Positions 8,170 to 16,977 of a stretch of DNA of 64,000 nucleotides are shown piece by piece (position 1 is the stretch's first letter; each line of letters begins with the position of its first letter). The position numbers and the translations under genes are program-made. This DNA is from a virus, in IMG/VR virus record IMGVR_UViG_3300020185_000013, positions 1 through 64,000 of that record; one strand, given 5' to 3'. Below the pieces are notes generated by a model. The model was not told the origin of the DNA and ran no database searches. It was given only the letters and a program-made list of their open reading frames with translations.

Positions 8170-8975
8170 GTTATTACCAAACGCTAGGGGTCGAGCAAAC
8201 CGCAACTCAAGACGAAATTAAAAAAGCTTACCGTAATCTAAGTAAGCAATACCACCCTGACGTTAATGATGGGGACGACACTCAATTTAAAGAGATTGCC
8301 GCGGCCTATGATGTTTTAGGTAATGAGCAAAAGCGCCAGCAATATGATTCTCAACAGGGCGGTCATGATTTCTTTAGTCAATTTGCAAGAGGGGCTGGCC
8401 AAAACCAATCAATGTCTGATATTTTTGACCAGTTTTTTGGAGGTCAGTTTAGACAGCAAGAAGCACAAAAAGGGCCAGACTATCGAGTAGATATGCATAT
8501 CTCATTTGAAGAGGCATTTAAAGGTACTCGTAAAGAATTCTCTATCAATGGTTCTAATATCTCAGTCGATTTTAAACCTGGTCTAAAAACTGGCCAGAAG
8601 TTTAGACTGCGAGGAAAGGGAGGACCTCACCCATATAATTCAAATTTGCCAAATGGAGATGTAGTGGTCCATATTCAAGTAATGGCTGATGGTAGGTTTA
8701 TTTTACAAGGTAATGATATCTGGATTGAGCATTCTATTCCATGGTGGGATATAATTAGCGGGACAAAGATTAATGCCTGGTCACCAGATGGACTAATTAG
8801 TATAAATATACCAAAGGGAACTATACCGGGTAAAACTTTGAGAATAAAAGGCAAAGGATATCCGATATATAATACAGATACGAGAGGAGATTTGTTATGC
8901 AGAGTAAACCCAACTTACCCTGAATTAAACGAACAACAAATTAGTCTCGTTGAACAAATAAAAGAACATGGATAA
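8166..8975 (+). CDS. dnaJ: DnaJ-class co-chaperone (class B, no Zn finger)
   Basis: J domain YYQTLGV...KKAYR...YHPD; G/F-rich linker; C-terminal LRIKGKG...GDLLC. Confidence 0.93.
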   Translation: MSYYQTLGVEQTATQDEIKKAYRNLSKQYHPDVNDGDDTQFKEIAAAYDVLGNEQKRQQYDSQQGGHDFFSQFARGAGQNQSMSDIFDQFFGGQFRQQEAQKGPDYRVDMHISFEEAFKGTRKEFSINGSNISVDFKPGLKTGQKFRLRGKGGPHPYNSNLPNGDVVVHIQVMADGRFILQGNDIWIEHSIPWWDIISGTKINAWSPDGLISINIPKGTIPGKTLRIKGKGYPIYNTDTRGDLLCRVNPTYPELNEQQISLVEQIKEHG

Positions 8976-9237
8976 TTTATTCTTTGGCGGATTTATAGAA
9001 TCAAGTAGACCTAATTGGGGATTCAGCGCAATCATCAATGGCCTAACTGACGTCGATGCGACGTATAATATCATTTATGAAGCCGTACTAAATAATCCAA
9101 CCTATGTCATTCTTTCTGAAGCAGATGACGATCATAAGCTTAAAGTCATTTCAAAAATGATTAAACATTTTGAAGACAAAGAAGATTATGAAAAATGCGC
9201 AGAACTACTTAGAATTAAAAAAGCAATTCAAGAATAA
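8968..9237 (+). CDS. Hypothetical protein with C-terminal UVR-like motif
   Basis: HFEDKEDYEKCAELLRIK. Confidence 0.7.
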   Translation: MDNLFFGGFIESSRPNWGFSAIINGLTDVDATYNIIYEAVLNNPTYVILSEADDDHKLKVISKMIKHFEDKEDYEKCAELLRIKKAIQE

Positions 9238-9429
9238 ATGATTATCGTAAAAGTTAATAAGAAGGGCGGAATCGAGAAAGCCCTTAAACAGTACAAGTCA
9301 AAAGTCATCAAAACAAAACAATTAAAAGACTTAAGAGACAATAGGTACTTCGAAAAGAATTCACAAGTAAAACGCAAGAAAATTGCGAAAGCAAAGTACA
9401 TCCAACACAAATTTAGGGACAACGGTTAA
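9238..9429 (+). CDS. rpsU: Phage-encoded ribosomal protein bS21
   Basis: 63 aa basic; IEKALKQYKSK, LRDNRYFEKNSQVKR, KAKYIQ match the bS21 pattern. Confidence 0.88.
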   Translation: MIIVKVNKKGGIEKALKQYKSKVIKTKQLKDLRDNRYFEKNSQVKRKKIAKAKYIQHKFRDNG

Positions 9430-9535
9430 TCAGATAATATTAAAATATTTTAAGTATTATTTGATGTATCCTTAACTACTGTCGAATATATAACATAGAC
9501 TAAATCATACCTGATCACAAATGATCAGATAGACT

Positions 9536-9820
9536 ATGAAAAAGACAGAAACAACTACAATGAGCGGATTTGTATCAAAATCGGACAGAGACAGTCTGAT
9601 GAGGGCTTCTTACTACCAAATCACGAGAAACTTTACCAAAACGGTAAACCGCTTCATCGTATTCAAAGATAATGACAGGTTGATCGAAATACCTCATGGT
9701 ATCGGACAGCGCAGTAAATTTATTGACCTAATGGTTGAATACTTCGAGACTCAAGAAGAGTACGAGAAATGTAATAAGCTGATGAAGCTCAAAGACCTCG
9801 TTATTATGGCGGGCGATTAA
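9536..9820 (+). CDS. Hypothetical protein with C-terminal UVR-like motif
   Basis: YFETQEEYEKCNKLMKLK. Confidence 0.7.
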   Translation: MKKTETTTMSGFVSKSDRDSLMRASYYQITRNFTKTVNRFIVFKDNDRLIEIPHGIGQRSKFIDLMVEYFETQEEYEKCNKLMKLKDLVIMAGD

Positions 9821-9845
9821 ATAACACAAACCACAACTACTATAT

Positions 9846-10535
9846 ATGGCTAGAGGTTCAAAAGGAACTCAAAGACAGGAAAGCTTACTAAATAGAGTAC
9901 AGCTAAGACAGTCACAACAAAAATATTTACATCAAATTGAAAACAACGAAATAACATTTTGCTACGGACCAGCTGGAACATCAAAGACATTTACTGCCTG
10001 TTTTGCTGCTCTAAAAATGTTAGAAGAGAAGAAGATCAAAGAGATTATATTGTGTAAACCAATCCAAGAGGCTGGAGAAAAGCTAGGTTTTTTACCTGGT
10101 GATAAAGACGACAAGGTCGATCCATACATGAAATCATATAAGTCCAATATTGAAAAGATTATTGGCGTTGAAAAGACAAAACTCTTATTTGATAAGAACA
10201 TCTTAAGGTTTGAACCACTTGCATACATGAGAGGCGATACGTTTGATAACGCTCTAATGATTCTAGATGAGGCGCAAAATGCTACCTTTAAGCAACTGAT
10301 GCTATTCGTTACAAGAATGGGTAAAGACTCGAAAGTAATTGTTACTGGAGACGTTAGTCAACATGACATTGCTAAATCACGAGTTTCTCTGCCAGATTTT
10401 ATTAATCTAATTGGAGGCGTAAAAGGAGTAGGTACTCATATTTTTGGAGATAGTGATATTGTACGTGCTAAGATTCTACAAGAGATTGTAAAGAAGTACG
10501 ACCTTTGGAGAGATCACCACGAACCTAAAGGATAA
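9846..10535 (+). CDS. phoH: PhoH-family ATPase
   Basis: GPAGTSKT, LGFLPG, PLAYMRGDTF, ILDEAQN, VTGDVSQHD. Confidence 0.93.
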   Translation: MARGSKGTQRQESLLNRVQLRQSQQKYLHQIENNEITFCYGPAGTSKTFTACFAALKMLEEKKIKEIILCKPIQEAGEKLGFLPGDKDDKVDPYMKSYKSNIEKIIGVEKTKLLFDKNILRFEPLAYMRGDTFDNALMILDEAQNATFKQLMLFVTRMGKDSKVIVTGDVSQHDIAKSRVSLPDFINLIGGVKGVGTHIFGDSDIVRAKILQEIVKKYDLWRDHHEPKG

Positions 10536-10576
10536 ACTTTTTCAAATTGCGTGATATAATAATAAATCACGTTTTA

Positions 10577-11203
10577 ATGAAGAAGATATTACTGAAGTCA
10601 AGGTTAAATGAGGACATATCAATCGTAGAGGTTGGTGTAGATGAGGCTGGAAGAGGAGCATTAGCAGGTCCAGTTACAGTAGCTGCATGTATCATGCCTC
10701 CTGGATTTCAACACGAACTAATAAAGGATAGTAAACTATTAAGTGAAGGTCAGCGCGCTGAAGCTCGCCAAATGGTACTTGACAATGCAATTGCGTATCA
10801 CGTAGAGCACATTCCAGTAGAACAAATAGAATCAACAAACATCCTAAAGGCTACACTGACAGGCATGGAAAAGTGCCTTCGTAAAGTATATGAGTCTACT
10901 GGGTTTGATTTTGTTCTTGTTGATGGTGATCAGTTTCACGGCTTCGAAGGAATTCATTTTGAAACGGTAGTGGGTGGTGATAATCTATACATACCAATTG
11001 CTGCTGCTTCAATCTTAGCAAAGACTGAACGCGATCGTTTAATGAAGGACTTAAGCAAGGACTACATGGAGTATGGATGGGGTAGTAATAAAGGCTACGG
11101 AACAGCACAACATCGTAAAGCAATTGAGAATTCTGGAGCGACTCCACACCACCGCAAGTCTTTTATTAGCCATATGCTAACGAAAACTGCGACATTGTTT
11201 TGA
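10577..11203 (+). CDS. rnhB: Ribonuclease HII
   Basis: GVDEAGRGALAGPV, DSKLL, VDGD, IAAASILAK, NKGYGT, HRKSF; ATG 10577 chosen because the class II promoter at 10534-10560 overlaps the track's TTG start. Confidence 0.93.
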   Translation: MKKILLKSRLNEDISIVEVGVDEAGRGALAGPVTVAACIMPPGFQHELIKDSKLLSEGQRAEARQMVLDNAIAYHVEHIPVEQIESTNILKATLTGMEKCLRKVYESTGFDFVLVDGDQFHGFEGIHFETVVGGDNLYIPIAAASILAKTERDRLMKDLSKDYMEYGWGSNKGYGTAQHRKAIENSGATPHHRKSFISHMLTKTATLF

Positions 11204-11544
11204 GAAGTTTAATACTTGGGAGTCTGCTGTTCATGTTAGGGCAATCTCTTATTTGGATTCAGACGAATGGTCAATTTGTGTGGCCATGGTTTAAAAAGAA
11301 TCCAATCGTCATCTCAGTTATTTTTGGTTCAGTAATCAGTTATATTTTAATTTATGCTACACGATTTGTTGTTGGTCACTTTGATGGAATGTTATGGCCA
11401 AGTCGTTTTATTGGCTTTTCAACTGGGATTGTTACGTTTGCCGCTCTAACCTATATTTTCTTAGGAGAGGGCATCAATGCTAAAACAGCAGTCTCGTTAG
11501 GTCTTGCCCTATTACTAATCTTAATTCAATTATTCTGGAAATGA
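11200..11544 (+). CDS. Small 4-TM membrane protein (DMT/SMR-like size and pattern)
   Basis: Four hydrophobic segments, FLGEGIN near the C-terminus. Confidence 0.6.
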   Translation: MRSLILGSLLFMLGQSLIWIQTNGQFVWPWFKKNPIVISVIFGSVISYILIYATRFVVGHFDGMLWPSRFIGFSTGIVTFAALTYIFLGEGINAKTAVSLGLALLLILIQLFWK

Positions 11545-11771
11545 AAATACCACAATTCGAAAAACCACCAACAGTAGCAGTTTACCAAAAAAGAACGTCA
11601 GGTAAATACTACATGCTAGTCACTGAAAAGGACGTTGACACCGTTAACAATGCTGCAGCCCGCAAGCCGTTAATTGAGCATAAGTATTCAATAATAGAAC
11701 TTGGCATTGGCCAATCCTTTATTGATACGTGGTGCAAAAAGTACAAAATCAATAATTTTGAAATAAAATAG
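11541..11771 (+). CDS. Hypothetical protein
   Basis: ATGA-coupled ORF. Confidence 0.65.
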   Translation: MKIPQFEKPPTVAVYQKRTSGKYYMLVTEKDVDTVNNAAARKPLIEHKYSIIELGIGQSFIDTWCKKYKINNFEIK

Positions 11772-11772
11772 T

Positions 11773-11830
11773 AAAAAAGTTGGCCTAGATTTTTCTATGT
11801 CAACTTTTTTGTTTATATTAGCTATATAAT
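11773..11830 (+). promoter_or_regulatory. Class I cassette, copy 2
   Basis: TTTTCTATGTC-N12-TATATTAG; flanking AAAAAAGTTG/CAACTTTTTT inverted repeat. Confidence 0.72.
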
Positions 11831-11845
11831 TAATCAACAACGTAT

Positions 11846-12070
11846 ATGAACAAGTTATCAGAATCGATCGGAACAATTATCGCGGCGGTATTACTAATCG
11901 CATTCGCTGCATTATTAATGGCATTGCCAACAAAATGGCTTTGGAATGCATGCTTAGTACCTGCAGTAGATGGAATTCACCAAATTGGATTCTTACAAGC
12001 GCTAGGACTCAACTTCCTATTCTCAATCTTATTTAAATCACACACTAGCACTTCTAAAAATGACAAATAA
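11846..12070 (+). CDS. Small membrane protein
   Basis: Two hydrophobic segments, WLWN...IGFLQALGL. Confidence 0.7.
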   Translation: MNKLSESIGTIIAAVLLIAFAALLMALPTKWLWNACLVPAVDGIHQIGFLQALGLNFLFSILFKSHTSTSKNDK

Positions 12071-12527
12071 GAAGATCGTTTATATAGATATGGACGGTGT
12101 CTTAGTAGATCTAGTCGGCTGGGTAAAAGATAACTATTTGCCAGAATACATTGAAGATGCTGGAATTGGTAATATCGTCGATAATAATGCAGTAGCCTTT
12201 TACGAAGCTGCACCAATTAAAGGAGCAGTTGAAGCTTTTATCGAACTATGTAAGAACCCAGAACTAGAAGTCTTTATTCTTTCTACCGCACCATGGTCAA
12301 ACAGTGAATCATGGAAAGCAAAACGGGTTTGGGTAGAAGAACATCTAGGTCCATATGCTACTAAAAAACTAATACTATCACATCGTAAAGATCTTCTTCG
12401 TGGCGATATTCTAATTGATGACCGTCCAAATAACGGCGCCGCTGAATTTGAAGGAGAACTTATTAAGTTTGGAACTAAACCGTTTGAATCATGGGAAGAG
12501 GTATTGAACCACATCAAGGCTATTTAA
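12060..12527 (+). CDS. 5'(3')-deoxyribonucleotidase (NT5C-like HAD)
   Basis: YIDMDGVLVD, ILSTAPW, KRVWVEEHLG, GDILIDD. Confidence 0.9.
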   Translation: MTNKKIVYIDMDGVLVDLVGWVKDNYLPEYIEDAGIGNIVDNNAVAFYEAAPIKGAVEAFIELCKNPELEVFILSTAPWSNSESWKAKRVWVEEHLGPYATKKLILSHRKDLLRGDILIDDRPNNGAAEFEGELIKFGTKPFESWEEVLNHIKAI

Positions 12528-12709
12528 CATTAGATCAATTTTTAGCACAGTATTCTTATGTACAGAAGGTATATAAGAGTTGTACAAATGAAAGCCAAAG
12601 AAAAACGGCAAAGAAATGGGCTGAAGATTGGTCAATCAGAATGGAGAGATGGGCTCCTTTAATCGTAAAGGACCGTCACGAGTTATATAAGTCGGTGACT
12701 TCTAATTGA
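12491..12709 (+). CDS. Hypothetical protein
   Basis: Fills gap; start uncertain. Confidence 0.5.
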   Translation: MGRGIEPHQGYLTLDQFLAQYSYVQKVYKSCTNESQRKTAKKWAEDWSIRMERWAPLIVKDRHELYKSVTSN

Positions 12710-12731
12710 TATATAAAGAAACAAGACCAAA

Positions 12732-13271
12732 ATGATGAAGTATATAATGACATTTGAAAAATACCAGACATACAGCGACTATAAACAGGGTGGTATGAGA
12801 TGGGGTTCTCCAGAAGATTTAAAAGACGATGCAATTCTTACTCTTAAAAGATTACTGCCTACGTTTGATGAAAAATGGATCGATTCAGTTGAAGACATGT
12901 CAGACGATAAAAAAGGAATTAAATTTGAGATTAAAGTAGGTAAAGACATAATCCACATGTTTAAAACTGGCAATTATCGAGGCAGCTGGGAATACTATCT
13001 AAATAAGAAGAAGTCTAGCGAGTCAAAAGTACAGGATCATTTAGAAGCGGCGAATATGAGCCAAGTTGAGAAGTTTTTAAAGCATGTTGCCGGCTACGAT
13101 TTTTGGGCTGATTACATCGACAACGGTGGTCAAAGAAACGATGCAGTTTCTAATAATAAATCAATCGAAGATATTTTTAACTCACTAAGCAAATCAGACA
13201 AGAAAGAGGCTGTTAAAGGAATGCAGAAAATGTTTAAACATTCTGAATTCGAGAAGGTCTTTAAAGCATAA
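12732..13271 (+). CDS. Putative internal head protein (capsid-targeting-like N-terminus)
   Basis: MKYIMTFEKY; GATATATA at 12708. Confidence 0.7.
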   Translation: MMKYIMTFEKYQTYSDYKQGGMRWGSPEDLKDDAILTLKRLLPTFDEKWIDSVEDMSDDKKGIKFEIKVGKDIIHMFKTGNYRGSWEYYLNKKKSSESKVQDHLEAANMSQVEKFLKHVAGYDFWADYIDNGGQRNDAVSNNKSIEDIFNSLSKSDKKEAVKGMQKMFKHSEFEKVFKA

Positions 13272-13376
13272 AATCAAAACTTTTTTGGAAATAATTGAGC
13301 CGGCATTTTTTTATGTCGGCTTTTTTGTTTATATTTACTATGTAATCAATCGGGGAAGCCCACTAAACAAATAACA

Positions 13377-13625
13377 ATGTCAAATAACAAATCATCAGGA
13401 GTATCATTTAGTTCATTATTAACTATTGTATTTATTGTACTTAAGCTAACCGACGTAATTGATTGGTCATGGGTTTGGGTATTGAGTCCAAGTTGGATTT
13501 CTCTCTTATTAGGTCTTGCACTTATTCCAGTTATTCTTATGCTCAATAAGAAAATTGAAAATGATAAGCCTATCAATAAATTCTTTGAGGCTCGTTTAAA
13601 AAAAATGGTAAAAGGTCAAAAATAA
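13377..13625 (+). CDS. Small membrane protein
   Basis: IVFIVLKLTDVIDWSWVWVLSP, a common phage 2-TM pattern. Confidence 0.72.
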   Translation: MSNNKSSGVSFSSLLTIVFIVLKLTDVIDWSWVWVLSPSWISLLLGLALIPVILMLNKKIENDKPINKFFEARLKKMVKGQK

Positions 13626-13692
13626 TTGGCCTTTTATTTTTTTATGTCAATTATTTTTATTATATTAGTAGTATAATTAAAAAGATAAAAAC

Positions 13693-13995
13693 ATGATACA
13701 GTTTAAAGATTTAGTATTCCATAAAAAGAAATACCACACAGGTGGTATCAATAGTCGAATGGACTTTGATAATGGATTTTCAATTAGTGTAATCGCAGGT
13801 GGGTTGGCTTACAGCACACCACGTGAAGATAAGGATAGTCCTGATGACTTTGCTTCATTTGAGGTAGCAGTATTTGCTCCTGATGGTGAGTTTACGCGTG
13901 AGTTCTTCCCTGAAGACCATAATGATGATGTTTTGGGATGGCAAGATCGAGGTCAAATCAACGCTATAATGTTATTAATCCAATCTAAAGGCTAA
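13693..13995 (+). CDS. Hypothetical early protein
   Basis: Follows class I cassette. Confidence 0.72.
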   Translation: MIQFKDLVFHKKKYHTGGINSRMDFDNGFSISVIAGGLAYSTPREDKDSPDDFASFEVAVFAPDGEFTREFFPEDHNDDVLGWQDRGQINAIMLLIQSKG

Positions 13996-14079
13996 TTAAA
14001 TTTTAAAAATAATTCACTCCAGATTTTTTTATGTCATGGATTTTGTTTATATTAGTACTATAATTAAAAAACAAACAAT

Positions 14080-14265
14080 ATGCCACAATTAGAATTATTC
14101 GAAAAACCAAAAAACCTAGCAGGAGAAGAAGCATGGAAAGTTGCGAAAGCAGTTTCAACTGGAGCCTATTCTTATGAAGACGCTGTAGAAATGGTTGCTA
14201 GCGTTAAACAATTAGATGATGATCTAATGTATATAGAAGGAATAGTACAGTCATACACTTATTAA
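14080..14265 (+). CDS. Hypothetical early protein
   Basis: Follows class I cassette. Confidence 0.68.
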   Translation: MPQLELFEKPKNLAGEEAWKVAKAVSTGAYSYEDAVEMVASVKQLDDDLMYIEGIVQSYTY

Positions 14266-14339
14266 AATAAATGACTCCAGATTTTTTTATGTCATGGATT
14301 TTGTTTATATTAGCTATGTAATTAAAAGATATAACTATT

Positions 14340-14483
14340 ATGACTACAAGATTCCCATTCCTCCGCTCTCAAGATGAAAAAAACATCCAAGCTATGATCG
14401 ATCAAAATCAAGAAATCTTCGATCACTTAAACGACCAACAAATTGTCGCTATCTACCTCAACAAACTTTACTCTAACGAATAA
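14340..14483 (+). CDS. Hypothetical early protein (47 aa, not in ORF track)
   Basis: MTTRFPFLRSQDEKNIQAMIDQNQEIFDHLNDQQIVAIYLNKLYSNE sits exactly between two cassettes. Confidence 0.65.
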   Translation: MTTRFPFLRSQDEKNIQAMIDQNQEIFDHLNDQQIVAIYLNKLYSNE

Positions 14484-14562
14484 ATTTTGAAAATAAATCA
14501 CTCCAGATTTTTTTATGTCGTAGAAATTGTTTATATTAGTACTGTAATTAAAAGTTAACCAT

Positions 14563-14778
14563 ATGAAAGAATACATTTTATCCACTGGCCTAACAGCCTC
14601 AGATTTTGAAGTCGATGGAATCGACACAAGAGATTATCCTGACTTTTGCGATGCTTATATTTGTGACGCATCAGTCTTAGAAAATGGAGAATGGCGAGAT
14701 GCCACTGACCCAGAAATTGACGAGTTAAACGAAGATTCAGATCTTGTTTACTCATGTGTTGAAGATTACCTATATTAA
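14563..14778 (+). CDS. Acidic hypothetical early protein
   Basis: Follows class I cassette; DGIDTRDYPDFCDAYI. Confidence 0.7.
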   Translation: MKEYILSTGLTASDFEVDGIDTRDYPDFCDAYICDASVLENGEWRDATDPEIDELNEDSDLVYSCVEDYLY

Positions 14779-14788
14779 TAAAAGAATT

Positions 14789-14971
14789 ATGTTTGAAAAT
14801 AAAATATTTTGGAGAGAAGATTTCAATGATGGCGCCGCCTCTGGTGGATTTTTCTTTCGTTCGTTTGATCTAAATAAATTCCTTAAACAAGTTGAGGAAA
14901 GTGAAGATGGTGGTGAAGTGGTTGGAATCCGCTTCGAAGATAATAATTTAGAAGTAATAGTTAAGAAATAG
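14789..14971 (+). CDS. Hypothetical protein
   Basis: ATG at 14789 (MFENKIFW) avoids overlap with upstream gene. Confidence 0.62.
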   Translation: MFENKIFWREDFNDGAASGGFFFRSFDLNKFLKQVEESEDGGEVVGIRFEDNNLEVIVKK

Positions 14972-14975
14972 GCAT

Positions 14976-15281
14976 ATGAAAATGTTTAAGAAAGACGGTA
15001 GAACCGCAGTTTTAGTAAGCCCAGGATTTGGTGCAGGATTTAGTACATGGAACAGTCCAGAAATGGCAGTTGACTTTGATTTAGTCGAAGCATTCTTAAG
15101 CGGCGATATGAATCGCTTTGAGTACATTGTTGTAGAGAAGTACGGTGAAAACATGTACTTGGGCGGCATGGATAACCTTGAAGTACAATGGGTCGATGAA
15201 GGTAAGAAATTCCGTATCGAAGAATACGACGGCAATGAAAGTGTTGAAGTATTTGACAAAGAAGTCTGGTTTATAGCGTAA
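14976..15281 (+). CDS. Hypothetical phage protein
   Basis: AVLVSPGFGAGFSTW...FRIEEYDGNES. Confidence 0.75.
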   Translation: MKMFKKDGRTAVLVSPGFGAGFSTWNSPEMAVDFDLVEAFLSGDMNRFEYIVVEKYGENMYLGGMDNLEVQWVDEGKKFRIEEYDGNESVEVFDKEVWFIA

Positions 15282-15284
15282 GTT

Positions 15285-15443
15285 ATGAGTTACGTAGAAA
15301 CAATGATTTTCTATATTTGTCAGACCTATTTGGATTTTGACCAGAATATGGAAGAGACTCTAAACTTTTTAGAAGATGAAATCAATTACCCTCGAGAATC
15401 AATTCAAGAAGTAATTGAAGAATGCATAGAAGATTATAAGTAA
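15285..15443 (+). CDS. Small acidic hypothetical protein (52 aa, not in ORF track)
   Basis: MSYVETMIFY...EECIEDYK; TAATG coupling to next gene. Confidence 0.6.
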   Translation: MSYVETMIFYICQTYLDFDQNMEETLNFLEDEINYPRESIQEVIEECIEDYK

Positions 15444-15895
15444 TGAAAAAAGTAGTAATATTTGATTTAGATGGCACGTTGGCCATCATTGACAAGCGAA
15501 GAGCAAAAGCAGCTTTGCCTAATGGTAAAATGAATTGGGACGTGTTTTTTGCGCCAGAGAACATTCAATTAGACGAGCCAAATTGGCCAGTGATTGAAAG
15601 TTTTAAAGCAATGAAAGATGCGGGGTTTCGTGTTGGAATCTTTAGTGGTAGAGATAACATATCAATGGCCGAAACTATTGAATGGCTTGAAGCACATGGA
15701 ATCGAGCCTGACTTTTTAAGGATGCGTAAGAATGGTAGCTTTGTACCAGACGATAAGTTGAAGAAGCTTTGGTTAGACGATATTCTTGCGAACGGCAACG
15801 AAGTGATGTGTACATTTGATGACCGCGATAAGGTAGTAAAAATGTGGCGCGACAATGGAATCACATGTTTCCAAGTTGCACCTGGAGACTTTTAG
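15443..15895 (+). CDS. HAD phosphatase, T4 PseT (polynucleotide kinase) 3'-phosphatase-domain-like
   Basis: IFDLDGTLA, FSGR, LRMR...D..LK, FDDRDKVVKMWR. Confidence 0.85.
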   Translation: MKKVVIFDLDGTLAIIDKRRAKAALPNGKMNWDVFFAPENIQLDEPNWPVIESFKAMKDAGFRVGIFSGRDNISMAETIEWLEAHGIEPDFLRMRKNGSFVPDDKLKKLWLDDILANGNEVMCTFDDRDKVVKMWRDNGITCFQVAPGDF

Positions 15896-15897
15896 CC

Positions 15898-16269
15898 ATG
15901 ACTAGAATTAACTGTGGCGTAAATGCAGACGAGCTGCCGGATAAAATACTGTTGGCAGAGCTTCGTGAAATTAAGAGAATACCAAACGCTATTCGTAACG
16001 GGAGGTACTCTCTTAATGGTATTCCTGAGGAGTTCACACTAGGTACGGGCCATGTGAAGTTCTTTTATGATAAGTTAGAATACTTATATGAACGGTACCA
16101 AGCCCTTAGAAGTGAAGCGCTGAACCGCGGGTTTAATGTTAGTGATTTTAGCGAAGCATGGGACGGAGTACCTCAAGAACTAATGAATGGTTACATTGAA
16201 AAGATTAGAGACCGCGAGATTATTATTAGCAGAATACAGGAAAGGGGTTTTGGCCTACTTGAAAAATAA
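15898..16269 (+). CDS. denV: Pyrimidine dimer DNA glycosylase (T4 endonuclease V-like)
   Basis: MTRIN N-terminus, LLAELREIKRI, FTLGTGHVKFFYDK; start corrected to ATG 15898. Confidence 0.92.
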   Translation: MTRINCGVNADELPDKILLAELREIKRIPNAIRNGRYSLNGIPEEFTLGTGHVKFFYDKLEYLYERYQALRSEALNRGFNVSDFSEAWDGVPQELMNGYIEKIRDREIIISRIQERGFGLLEK

Positions 16270-16282
16270 TTGAAAAAACTTT

Positions 16283-16332
16283 GCACCAGATTTTTTTATG
16301 TCAAAACTTTTGTTTATATTAGCTATATAATA
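16283..16332 (+). promoter_or_regulatory. Class I cassette, copy 8
   Basis: CCAGATTTTTTTATGTC-N12-TATATTAG. Confidence 0.75.
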
Positions 16333-16344
16333 ACAGATAAAGAT

Positions 16345-16785
16345 ATGGTAAAAGAACTCACATTTAATCCAAAAGACGTAAAATGCAATGGTAGCATTGG
16401 AGGTTGCGCAGTTACCCTAACTAAAGAAAACGAAGAAAAAGTTAAGTCATGTATTGGTGGTCACTTTTCACTAGTTGATAAGCTTACAGCACTTAGAAAC
16501 CTAGAGCAAGCAGGAATGATTGATGGTCCTTGGACAATTGGTTCTCGAACTGAAAGCACTCAACAGCTTTTTTGTCGAATGGTTAGCGGTTTAATATCAT
16601 ATGGTCTTAAGATTGCTGGCAAAAAAGGAGGAACCTATAAAGCACAACGAGAATTTGCAGAAATGTGGGCTAATCAACAGGTCGAAGATATGAATACCGT
16701 CGATATGGTTACCATCTTAGAAAGTGCACTTACCGACTGTGCAACTGCTGACTATTACTACGAATTTGAAAAAGACTGGTCATGA
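16345..16785 (+). CDS. Hypothetical early protein
   Basis: ATG 16345 downstream of cassette; the track's start at 16270 runs through the promoter. Confidence 0.7.
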   Translation: MVKELTFNPKDVKCNGSIGGCAVTLTKENEEKVKSCIGGHFSLVDKLTALRNLEQAGMIDGPWTIGSRTESTQQLFCRMVSGLISYGLKIAGKKGGTYKAQREFAEMWANQQVEDMNTVDMVTILESALTDCATADYYYEFEKDWS

Positions 16786-16976
16786 TAAATTACATACTTA
16801 CATACCTATTATGTGGAGTTATCTTTAACCTCCTGTTCGACATGCTAATTAACACACTTGGAGAAGAAATGGAAGAGAATAGGTTCACAATGTTAGAACG
16901 AATTGTAGTTACTCTCACATGGCCAATTCACTTTTTTAAATTCATCATTGGATTCTTTACAACCTTAAAAAAATAA
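16782..16976 (+). CDS. Small membrane protein
   Basis: Two hydrophobic segments; ATGA overlap. Confidence 0.65.
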   Translation: MINYILTYLLCGVIFNLLFDMLINTLGEEMEENRFTMLERIVVTLTWPIHFFKFIIGFFTTLKK

Positions 16977-16977
16977 T

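Larger units (their letters stand above)
13298..14550 (+). repeat. Cluster of five class I promoter cassettes (about 13298, 13621, 14015, 14271, 14499), each heading a short ORF
   Basis: Consensus (CCAGA)TTTTTTTATGTC-N12-TATATT(A/T)(G/A) repeated with fixed spacing. Confidence 0.8.

Noticed and set aside
9511-9528. Small inverted repeat CTGATCA-caaa-TGATCAG before ORF 9536, and a similar hairpin at 48292-48316
   Set aside because: Single short hairpins without a T tract or recurrence; insufficient to assign a function
9846-10535. PhoH Walker A variant GPAGTSKT as a sign of inactivation
   Set aside because: Catalytic Lys/Thr and all other PhoH motifs are intact
13298-14550. Regularly recurring repeat considered as a CRISPR array or integron attC array
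   Set aside because: Repeats are degenerate, spacers are 200-400 nt and each encodes an ORF; no cas or integrase gene; better explained as promoter cassettes
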